Positions 7,910 through 15,617 of a DNA stretch of 64,000 nucleotides are shown here, in pieces (positions within the stretch are counted from its first letter, which is position 1; each line of letters begins with the position of its first letter). The notes beneath the pieces were generated by a model, which saw only the letters and a list, made by a program, of their open reading frames with translations, searched no databases and had not been told where the DNA came from. Origin of the DNA: Actinomycetota bacterium. GTDB taxonomy: Bacteria > Actinomycetota > Geothermincolia > Fen-727 > Anoxymicrobiaceae. The stretch is from assembly GCA_016927325.1 (NCBI GenBank), contig JAFGMY010000156.1, positions 36,415 to 100,414 of the forward strand. Reading direction: 5' to 3'. The position numbers and the translations under genes are program-made.

Positions 7910-10102
7910 TCAATGATCCGCTTCTTCGTGAGTTGGAACCGTAAAAGAAAAAGACGAACCTTTTCCGAACTCACTCTCCGCCCATATCTGGCCGCCATGC
8001 GCCTCAATGATAGCTTTTGAGATGGACAGCCCGAGACCGGTACCACCCTGTGCGGTCTCAACGCATTCTCCTTTTGTAAACAGCGTGAATATTGAATCAA
8101 TCTGTTCCGATGGAATTCCGGAGCCGGTATCCGATATGGTAATTTTGATCTGGTCGTTTTCCAGATTCTGGGCGATTATATGCAGCCCTCCGGAAGAAGT
8201 GTATTTTATGGAGTTGCTTATGAGGTTGAAAAGTACCTGGGAAAGTCTGCCAAGGTCGGCATTCACGTGTTTCAGGTTCGGCAGGCAGTCCACCGTTACG
8301 GTAAGCCCCTTTTCATTGATCGCGCTTTCGAGCATTGAGAGTATGTTATCAATCAGCATCCTGGTATTTATCGGCTTCTTGTCCAGCGTCACAAGGCCTG
8401 CGTACATACCGGCAAGATCGATGAGGTTGTTTGCCAGGTAGGAGAGCCGGTCAATCGAAAGCGAGAGGATGTCAAGGGACCTGTTCTGGTCGTCATCGAG
8501 CGATTCCCTGGCACGGCGGGTCAGAAGCTCGAAACCAAGCTTCAGGGACGTAAGGGGCGTTCTCAGTTCGTGGGCCGCAACCCTTATAAAATCCAGCCTC
8601 GCTTTTTCCAGCTTCTTTATATCGGTAAGGTCGCTGATTACTCCAACGATAAACTCGGCTTCGCCCGATTCATTTTTTAACGGTGTTTTTAAGGTCCTGA
8701 TCGTGTGCCGGGCACCCTGCTTATCCAAAAATACCCGTTCGTCGGAGTAGACCAGTTCGCTGTTTTCAAGCACTACAGAGTCGTTTTCAGAAAGTATGCC
8801 GGAGAGCCTGGAGGGAAATATTTCAACATCTTCCTTTCCGATAATCTCGTCTTCGGAGTATCCAAGAAGCCTTGTCAGGGCGTCGTTGACGAAAGTGAAT
8901 TTCAGCTCACGGTCTTTAATAAAAACAGGTTCAGCAAGGTTATCGATAACGCTTTCAAGAAAATCACTCAACTCCTTCAGTTCTTCATGCGATTTCTTCA
9001 GGATAATACTGCGGTCGCGCTCCTCTTCGACTTGAGCGGTGACAACTTTTATCTCCTGTTCCGCCTGAATCAGGCGCAAGGCTTCCCTCATGTCGTGGGC
9101 TACCACAACAGCTCCGATTTCCCTGCCGGAACGCTTCTTTACGTCGCCGCGGCTTCTGGTTACAGGGATCAGCTCCCCTTCCTTGCTTACAAGGAAGCTC
9201 CACTTGGAGCTTTCGTCTTTTTTCTGTTCGAGATCCGGATGACCCGAGCCGGGTGGCCTGTCTACAAATAGCCTGCTCACCGGTGTGCCGATCAATTCGC
9301 CTTTCAAGTATCCCGAAAGCTTTTCCGCGACCGGATTAGCGTTATCGATAATGCCTGCAGGGTCGGCGATGAATACCGCGTCGTTTATATTTGAAATTAT
9401 TGCACCGCCCATTACTCCCGCAACGGTTGTAAGGAGGTCATACCTCGTGACAGCGAAGGCGATAACCACCGCCATCCCTATTGTGCCGACGAATGAGATT
9501 ACCGGCATGGACACCCCGAATGCAGGAAGTATTACGCTTGAGATCAGCTCGGAAGTTATTGGCAGAAGACCGGCGATGATCATGTAGACCAGCAGGTTCT
9601 TTTTTCTTTTTATGCCTGTTCTGAAATAGCTGAGCACCATTATTGTCAGGCCCGCGACAACGCAGAAAGAAACAAAAAGTTTGGAAGGAATCCGAAGCAG
9701 GCCTTCAATTTCTTTGTACTCCCACCCCGATTTGTAAAAACCTTTGAACATGAGTTCAGTTGTCCAGGTTAATATGACAAGAGCAACACTTATTGCGTAC
9801 ATGCAGAGCAGCACGGGCACTTTGAACCTGTTGTTGAAGTCCACGAATTCGGTCATTATATGAAAAACCAAAGGCCCCAGGAGACACCATCCGATAGCCG
9901 CGAATTCAGCGCCGAACGTTGCGGCCTGCTCTGTTGTCGCGACGCGCATTAATAACTCACCCGTTCTCCAGGCCGCAAAAGAAAACATGGCGAGAAAGAA
10001 AAGTTGGTTAACCCTGAATCCTGGTTCCCGGGATAATATGTACAGGCCCAGTGAAACGGTTATAAACAGACTGATTGCCGACAATATGGCATAAGTACTC
10101 AC
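7910..10102 (-). CDS. sensor histidine kinase with N-terminal 6-7 TM sensor region, PAS domains, HisKA and HATPase_c; no cognate response regulator nearby
   Basis: 730 aa; H-box AAHELRTPLTSL, N box NLISNSIKYT, G1 DTGSGIP, G2 GGTGLGLSISK; multi-TM N-terminus; GTG start. Confidence 0.85.
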   Translation of the reverse strand: MSTYAILSAISLFITVSLGLYILSREPGFRVNQLFFLAMFSFAAWRTGELLMRVATTEQAATFGAEFAAIGWCLLGPLVFHIMTEFVDFNNRFKVPVLLCMYAISVALVILTWTTELMFKGFYKSGWEYKEIEGLLRIPSKLFVSFCVVAGLTIMVLSYFRTGIKRKKNLLVYMIIAGLLPITSELISSVILPAFGVSMPVISFVGTIGMAVVIAFAVTRYDLLTTVAGVMGGAIISNINDAVFIADPAGIIDNANPVAEKLSGYLKGELIGTPVSRLFVDRPPGSGHPDLEQKKDESSKWSFLVSKEGELIPVTRSRGDVKKRSGREIGAVVVAHDMREALRLIQAEQEIKVVTAQVEEERDRSIILKKSHEELKELSDFLESVIDNLAEPVFIKDRELKFTFVNDALTRLLGYSEDEIIGKEDVEIFPSRLSGILSENDSVVLENSELVYSDERVFLDKQGARHTIRTLKTPLKNESGEAEFIVGVISDLTDIKKLEKARLDFIRVAAHELRTPLTSLKLGFELLTRRARESLDDDQNRSLDILSLSIDRLSYLANNLIDLAGMYAGLVTLDKKPINTRMLIDNILSMLESAINEKGLTVTVDCLPNLKHVNADLGRLSQVLFNLISNSIKYTSSGGLHIIAQNLENDQIKITISDTGSGIPSEQIDSIFTLFTKGECVETAQGGTGLGLSISKAIIEAHGGQIWAESEFGKGSSFSFTVPTHEEADH

Positions 10103-10428
10103 GTAACGGCCGCTTTCTGAATATAACGACTTTAAGTTAAGACAGGCCTTTGCCTGTGACCGCTTGAGTGTTTTCCGCCATTAACAGACCAACAGTTCCT
10201 CATTCATGAATAGAAAACAATGTTCCTGTTAAATACTACATAGCAACGTATTATATTCATATATTATTCATTGATATGCAGAAGAAACAATTTTAATAAT
10301 TATAACATATATGGACTTACTCGAATTCGAAGTTGGCAAGAATCTTTAAGCAATCCTCTGTTATTCTTATAACGTGATTTCAGGGTAAGCCGACACATTA
10401 GATCTGGGACATGAAATAAGTGGAAGGT

Positions 10429-11517
10429 TCAGGTACCGTCTGGGTCGGAGCAGTTATCGTATGATGTTGCTTTGCCTGACTTTTTTCTGCGCTTTCCGCG
10501 CGGTTTGCTCTTCCTGGCGGAGTATTTGATGTATATGAATACGGCCACCGCGAGCAGCAGGAGTCCGGCGATAAGGAATATTACCGGCACCCATTTTCTT
10601 GCGAAATCAAGGGTGGCGGCATGTTTTGCCGCAAGGTCTACCGTTTCCCTGATACTTTCCCCGGTTCGTTTGTAGTCTAGAGATGCGACTTCAACAAGGT
10701 TGTCTTGTTCTCCCTGGAGAGCGGTGTTTACATAATACGTCCGGTTATAGACAGGGGTATCGACCATTATCCCGGTTGTTGGCTCAAAAGCGGTTATCGA
10801 AGAAATAGTAGTATAGTATGCAACGGGCAACTGCTGATCGTCCGTTACCGGGAGGCCTGGATTCGACGTCAGTCTCTTAAGCATCGCGCCCGATATTTCA
10901 GTAGGGAAGCCGAGAGGAGAGCCGACTATTTTCTCGGAATCCACTGTTATGTCAAAAAGATAAACCCTGACGTCCTTGTAATCTTCCCCGTCCCTTGTTT
11001 CCTCCTTCACAAATTGCAGTCTTATAACGTCAACGGTTTCGTTGTCCCAGCTTTCAAAAACTCCAGGCTTGAGGTCGAATGGAATGAGGTAGCCCTTTCG
11101 CTCCTGGTCGCTTGCTTCTCCAATTACGTTTTGCCCGGTTTTCCTGTCCATGTCGTAAATATGCTTTATCGTAGCCAGATTCTGGCCTGTTCTGGACTTG
11201 AGTTCTATGACCTCGTCAATGGCAATAACATCAGCACTGCTTTTTCCGGGAATGCTTTTCAGTGTCCATGACAAGGTTATCGGTAGCGAGATTTCCTGGT
11301 TTAACGCGTAGGGGTTGAAAGACGCGGGGTCGACATTCAGAAGGAGAGTACCTTCAAATTGCATCGTGAATTCGATATCGTCATTAACTCTAATAAAACC
11401 GGGGAGTATCACCTTGCTCCATATCGGAGCCATTGCAATCAGGAGGATACCTATTGTCACCAGGGCGATTATCAGTACTTTGGTCTTCTTCTTCAATTTC
11501 TCATTCTCAATTCTCAA
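10429..11517 (-). CDS. hypothetical bitopic membrane protein (N- and C-terminal TM anchors, large extracytoplasmic domain; DUF3068-like architecture)
   Basis: 362 aa; N-terminal TM (VLIIALVTIGILLIAMAPIW), C-terminal TM (WVPVIFLIAGLLLLAVAVFIYI) followed by a Lys/Arg-rich tail; the DUF3068 assignment is from recall of topology and size only. Confidence 0.4.
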   Translation of the reverse strand: MRIENEKLKKKTKVLIIALVTIGILLIAMAPIWSKVILPGFIRVNDDIEFTMQFEGTLLLNVDPASFNPYALNQEISLPITLSWTLKSIPGKSSADVIAIDEVIELKSRTGQNLATIKHIYDMDRKTGQNVIGEASDQERKGYLIPFDLKPGVFESWDNETVDVIRLQFVKEETRDGEDYKDVRVYLFDITVDSEKIVGSPLGFPTEISGAMLKRLTSNPGLPVTDDQQLPVAYYTTISSITAFEPTTGIMVDTPVYNRTYYVNTALQGEQDNLVEVASLDYKRTGESIRETVDLAAKHAATLDFARKWVPVIFLIAGLLLLAVAVFIYIKYSARKSKPRGKRRKKSGKATSYDNCSDPDGT

Positions 11518-11750
11518 CTCAGGCCATCGAAAAAAACGATAGTGACGAAATAACCAAACGACACCACTTCAGTAAGGTTTTCTATTAAAGTAGAACCTGT
11601 CCTCTGACATGTGCGTCATTTAAAACCCTCAATATTATTTCGGCAATATTGCTTACTTACTTGTGGTAAATAAATTACGGAAGGTATCTACGGGTGTTTA
11701 TTGGTAAAATATACAACTGCATTACATTAATCGGTGAACAAACAACAAGG

Positions 11751-12470
11751 ATGCGCAAGATGGCTGAAAAAGCAGTGGATGAGAACAGGCAGAAGCTGGA
11801 GGCCCTGTTTGAGATCAGCAAAGCGCTTACGTCGGATACATACCTGGATGACATACTGAAATTAATCGTGGTTGTCACCGCCAAGGTGATGGACTCAAAC
11901 ATCTGTTCGCTTATGCTTCTTAACAGTGACACCCAGGAACTCGAGATCAGGGCGACACAATCGGTAAGCGATCTCTACCTGAAGAAGCCCAGGATAAAGC
12001 TGGGGGAGGGCGTTAGCGGAATAGTCGCCAAAGAAAACAGGGTGATTGTCTGCAGGGATGTCAAGAAAGACCCGCTTTACCTCAATAAGGAAGTGGCAAA
12101 AAAGGAGAACTTGTGTTCCCTGCTCAGCATGCCCTTGAGCCTGAAGGGAAAGGTGCTCGGGGTGATCAACTGCTATACCTCGGAGGAGCACGAGTTCACG
12201 CAGGAAGAAAAGGACGTGCTGTCCATGGTTGCAAATCAGGCGGCGTTGACGATTGAGAACACGGACCTTGCCGTCAGGATGAAGTTGATCGAGGAAGAAC
12301 TGGAGACCAGAAAGATAATCGAAAGGGCCAAGGACATCCTCATGGACGAACGAGGGGTCAGCGGGCACGAGGCGTTTCAGGCGATTAGGCGCAAATCGAT
12401 GGATGCCAGGAAACCGATCAGGGATGTGGCCGAAGCAATAATACTGGCGAGTGAGGTCGGCGGCAACTGA
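11751..12470 (+). CDS. GAF-ANTAR RNA-binding antitermination regulator
   Basis: GAF domain (ICSLMLLNSDTQELEIRATQ ... GEGVSGIVA) followed by ANTAR (ETRKIIERAKDILMDERGVSGHEAFQAIRRKSMDARKPIRDVAEAII); in-frame alternative starts at 11694 (GTG) and 11760. Confidence 0.8.
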   Translation: MRKMAEKAVDENRQKLEALFEISKALTSDTYLDDILKLIVVVTAKVMDSNICSLMLLNSDTQELEIRATQSVSDLYLKKPRIKLGEGVSGIVAKENRVIVCRDVKKDPLYLNKEVAKKENLCSLLSMPLSLKGKVLGVINCYTSEEHEFTQEEKDVLSMVANQAALTIENTDLAVRMKLIEEELETRKIIERAKDILMDERGVSGHEAFQAIRRKSMDARKPIRDVAEAIILASEVGGN

Positions 12471-12520
12471 TTTTCATCACTGTACTTGACTGAGAATCGG
12501 CCTTCTCATATTATTCACAA

Positions 12521-12600
12521 AACGTACAACGGTGTACGGTTACCGACTATGGTGTCAAACAGGAGACAAAGGCGTCATGCTTTGGTCTCTTTTTTTTATT
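12521..12600 (+). promoter_or_regulatory. 5' leader of the NuoEF operon: candidate ANTAR target (hexaloop hairpin CGTAC-AACGGT-GTACG, second weak hairpin TGTC..GACA) overlapping an intrinsic terminator
   Basis: Hairpin 12523-12538 has a 6-nt loop with A at position 1 and G at position 4, matching the ANTAR hexaloop motif; the GACA of hairpin 2 (12565-12568) is part of the 5' arm of the terminator. Confidence 0.45.
12562..12598 (+). terminator. Rho-independent terminator in the leader immediately upstream of the NuoEF start
   Basis: Stem GAGACAAAG / CTTTGGTCTC (one bulge), loop GCGTCATG, followed by T-run TCTTTTTTTTATT; ends 15 nt before the 12614 ATG. Confidence 0.7.
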
Positions 12601-12613
12601 TAGAAAGGATATC

Positions 12614-14968
12614 ATGGAAGAACTGGAATCCACGGGAATCAAGGCTTTTGTTGAAGACGCAGTTTCAAGGAATGAGTTCGACAAGAGTCGAATTCACGCG
12701 ATTCTTCAAGAGGTCCAGGAGCGTTTCAACTTTTTGCCAGAGCAGGCTCTAATTGATATTGCTTCATCCCTGCAGATGCCCCTTGTTGATATTTATTCAG
12801 TTGCTACGTTTTTTAAATCATACTCGATGGAGCCAAAAGGAAAGCACATTGTCACTGTATGCATGGGGACGGCATGCCATGTCAGAAACTCGGACGGATT
12901 GCTTAAAGAGATATGCAGATATCTTGACGTGGAACCCGGGGGAACCACCGGAGACGGCTTGTTTACGGTGGAATCCGTGAACTGTCTCGGCGCTTGCGCG
13001 ATAGGCCCGGTTATTGTGGTCGACGGTAAGTACTATGGTGATATGAATGCGGCAAAAGTGAATAAAGTCTTGCAGAAATATCAGAAAGCAGCCTCTGTTG
13101 ATGTCGCCATATCGAAATTTAGAAGTCCGGGGGATCTTGAGGAATATCGAATTAAGATTAGGGAACTGCGATATCCCGATACCGTGAGTGTTTCTCTCTG
13201 TTCGGGTACGGGATGCAAGGCAAGCGGCAGCAATGAAGTGTATGAAGCTCTCGAGTCCGAACTGAAGCGAAGCGGGCAAAGCGAAAAAGTAATGCTTCGG
13301 AGGACCGGTTGCCGTGGATTCTGCGAAAGAGGACCGCTGCTGGTAATAAACCCCGCAAATGTGCTTTATCAAAAGGTGAGGCCGGAAGATGTTCGGGAAA
13401 TAGTCAAATGCACGATACAAGACGGCGAGATTGTGGAACGATTGCTGTATGAAGATCCGGTAGTGGGGGGGAAAGTAATAAGCGAGGACGAGATTCGTTT
13501 TTACAAAAAACAGGATAGAAAGATATTGGGCACAAACGGTGATATTGACCCGTTGAATATTGACGATTATATAGCGATTGGAGGGTACCGTTCGCTGAAG
13601 AAAGCTCTCTTGGAGTTTGAGCCGGTGCAGATAATCGAGGAAGTTGAGAGAGCCGGTTTAAGGGGCAGAGGAGGAGGTGGTTTCCCTGCCGCGCAGAAGT
13701 GGAAATCCTGCAGAGCCGCAAACTCGGTGGATGGGGTCAAGTATGTACTGTGTAATGCAGACGAAGGAGACCCCGGAGCATTTATGGACCGGTCACTTCT
13801 CGAAGGGAACCCCCATTCCGTGCTTGAGGGGATGATAGTCGGCGCAAAAGCGATCGGCGCCAATTCGGGTTACATATATGTAAGGAACGAATATCCACTG
13901 GCGGTTGAGAGCGTAACAAGGGCTATTGAGGACGCCGAAGATAAGGGCCTGCTGGGTGAAAATATTCTAGGTTCCGGATTCGATTTCAAGGTTGGAGTAA
14001 GCAGGGGCGGCGGAGCTTTTGTATGCGGCGAATCGACCGCCTTGATGGCGTCCATAGAAGGAAAAATCGGGGAGCCGCGCGAGAAGTACGTTCACACCGC
14101 TATAAAAGGTCTCCATGTAAGGCCTACGAACCTGAACAATGTTGAAACCTGGGCTAATGTGCCGCTTATTATCAATGAGGGCGCGGAAGCTTATGCAAAA
14201 ACGGGCACCAAAAACAGCACGGGCACTAAAATATTTTCCCTGGTTGGAAAGATCAACAATACAGGGCTTGTCGAAGTACCAATGGGCATCACACTAAGGG
14301 AAATCATTTTTGATATCGGTGGCGGCATTCCCAACGGCAAAAAATTCAAGGCGGTTCAGACGGGGGGTCCTTCAGGCGGATGCATACCGGAATCCCTGAT
14401 AGATATCGCGGTTGATTTTGACCGGTTGACCGAAGTCGGCTCGATGATGGGATCGGGCGGGATGATAGTGATGGATGAAGACACCTGCATGGTGGATGTG
14501 GCAAAGTATTTCCTGAATTTCCTTACCGATGAATCATGCGGCAAGTGTACTCCCTGCAGGGAAGGGCTGAAGCATATGTTGGAGATAGTAACCGATATAA
14601 CCGAGGGAAACGGCTCTGACGAGAAGCTGGAGCTTCTTCTGGAGCTGGCCGAGGTTGTAAGGGACACATCGCTTTGCGGGCTTGGACAGACGGCGCCTAA
14701 TCCGGTCCTGTCGACCATAAAATATTTTGAAGATGAGTACCGGGAACATATACATGAAAAGAAGTGCAGGGCTGGTGTATGCAAGGCGTTGATCGAGTAC
14801 AGCATAGACGGTGAAGCGTGCACCGGATGCACCCGTTGCGCCAGAGAGTGTCCGGTGTTTGCGATAAGTGGAGACAAGAAAGAGCCGCACGAGATAGATC
14901 CGGCGAAATGCGACAAATGCGGTATCTGCTACGAAGTGTGCGAATTTGGTGCGGTCATAAGGAAGTGA
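12614..14968 (+). CDS. NADH-binding flavoprotein: fused NuoE-like (24 kDa, [2Fe-2S]) + Trx-like [2Fe-2S] domain + NuoF-like (51 kDa, FMN/NADH, [4Fe-4S]) + C-terminal 2x[4Fe-4S] ferredoxin domain (HydC/HydB- or BfuC/BfuB-like)
   Basis: 784 aa; NuoE Cys (VCMGTACHVRN ... VNCLGACAIGP); second Trx-like cluster (CSGTGCKASG ... GCRGFCERGP); FMN loop GRGGGGFPAAQKW; [4Fe-4S] ESCGKCTPCREG; C-terminal CTGCTRCARECP ... CDKCGICYEVC. Confidence 0.85.
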   Translation: MEELESTGIKAFVEDAVSRNEFDKSRIHAILQEVQERFNFLPEQALIDIASSLQMPLVDIYSVATFFKSYSMEPKGKHIVTVCMGTACHVRNSDGLLKEICRYLDVEPGGTTGDGLFTVESVNCLGACAIGPVIVVDGKYYGDMNAAKVNKVLQKYQKAASVDVAISKFRSPGDLEEYRIKIRELRYPDTVSVSLCSGTGCKASGSNEVYEALESELKRSGQSEKVMLRRTGCRGFCERGPLLVINPANVLYQKVRPEDVREIVKCTIQDGEIVERLLYEDPVVGGKVISEDEIRFYKKQDRKILGTNGDIDPLNIDDYIAIGGYRSLKKALLEFEPVQIIEEVERAGLRGRGGGGFPAAQKWKSCRAANSVDGVKYVLCNADEGDPGAFMDRSLLEGNPHSVLEGMIVGAKAIGANSGYIYVRNEYPLAVESVTRAIEDAEDKGLLGENILGSGFDFKVGVSRGGGAFVCGESTALMASIEGKIGEPREKYVHTAIKGLHVRPTNLNNVETWANVPLIINEGAEAYAKTGTKNSTGTKIFSLVGKINNTGLVEVPMGITLREIIFDIGGGIPNGKKFKAVQTGGPSGGCIPESLIDIAVDFDRLTEVGSMMGSGGMIVMDEDTCMVDVAKYFLNFLTDESCGKCTPCREGLKHMLEIVTDITEGNGSDEKLELLLELAEVVRDTSLCGLGQTAPNPVLSTIKYFEDEYREHIHEKKCRAGVCKALIEYSIDGEACTGCTRCARECPVFAISGDKKEPHEIDPAKCDKCGICYEVCEFGAVIRK

Positions 14969-14972
14969 TCAT

Positions 14973-15596
14973 GTGGTTAAGCTCATAATCGACGGTCAGC
15001 ACATAGAGGTGGAGGATGGCCTGACCGTTCTTGAGGCGGCAAAGCGGTATGGAATCGACATCCCAACGTTGTGTCACGATGAGGGATTGTCCGAGTACGG
15101 CGCATGCAGGATATGCATGGTAGAACTTAAAAAAGGTGAACGGTCGAGTCTCGTGGCATCGTGTTGTTTCCCGGTCCGGGACGGTATTGAGATATTGACT
15201 GATTCGCTGAGGGTGCAGAAGGCTAGAAAAATGATAATCGAACTGATGCTCGCGTCCTGTCCGAATTCCAGGACGCTCCAGTGCCTTGCCTCAAAGTACG
15301 GTGTAACCAGGGTGAGGTTCAAGAGCGAGGACAGGGGATGCCTGCTGTGCGGCCTTTGCGTACGAATGTGTGAACAGCAGATGAAGGGTGGAGCGATCGG
15401 CTTCGCAGGCCGTGGGGTCGGCCGGGAAGTAGCAATGCCGTTCCATCATGCGCCCGCAGAGTGCCGTGAATGCGGTGCGTGCTTATATATATGCCCGGTG
15501 TGCGAGTTGCCGTGTTGCGGGCCGCTTCAACCCGGTGAACTCTGTAATTCGTGCTTCGAAAATATCAGGATAGAACCATTCCCGTGCAGGGAATAA
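14973..15596 (+). CDS. NuoG/HydA N-terminal-like Fe-S electron-transfer protein ([2Fe-2S] plus [4Fe-4S] domains only; no catalytic domain)
   Basis: 207 aa; [2Fe-2S] motif CHDEGLSEYGACRICMVE, then Cys clusters (CLLCGLCVRMCE; CRECGACLYICPVC); GTG start overlaps upstream stop. Confidence 0.7.
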   Translation: MVKLIIDGQHIEVEDGLTVLEAAKRYGIDIPTLCHDEGLSEYGACRICMVELKKGERSSLVASCCFPVRDGIEILTDSLRVQKARKMIIELMLASCPNSRTLQCLASKYGVTRVRFKSEDRGCLLCGLCVRMCEQQMKGGAIGFAGRGVGREVAMPFHHAPAECRECGACLYICPVCELPCCGPLQPGELCNSCFENIRIEPFPCRE

Positions 15597-15617
15597 TAAA
15601 AGGAGGATAAGCCAGAG

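Noticed and set aside
8007-9587. Plus-strand ORFs of 93-188 aa antisense to the histidine kinase gene
   Set aside because: They are entirely contained within a well-supported minus-strand kinase gene, with low-complexity translations, no SD and no family resemblance; spurious.
10103-10428. Palindrome ACAGGC-cttt-GCCTGT (about 10133-10148) considered as a terminator for the DUF3068-like gene
   Set aside because: It is not followed by a T-run on either strand; more likely an incidental dyad or protein-binding site, and not strong enough to annotate.
10472-11553. Plus-strand ORFs (64-188 aa) antisense to the DUF3068-like gene
   Set aside because: They overlap the minus-strand membrane-protein gene, which has clear TM anchors at both ends; the antisense frames carry no motifs.
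12818-13420. 200-aa minus-strand ORF inside the NuoEF fusion gene
   Set aside because: Antisense to a gene with canonical NuoE/NuoF motifs; no start-site support.
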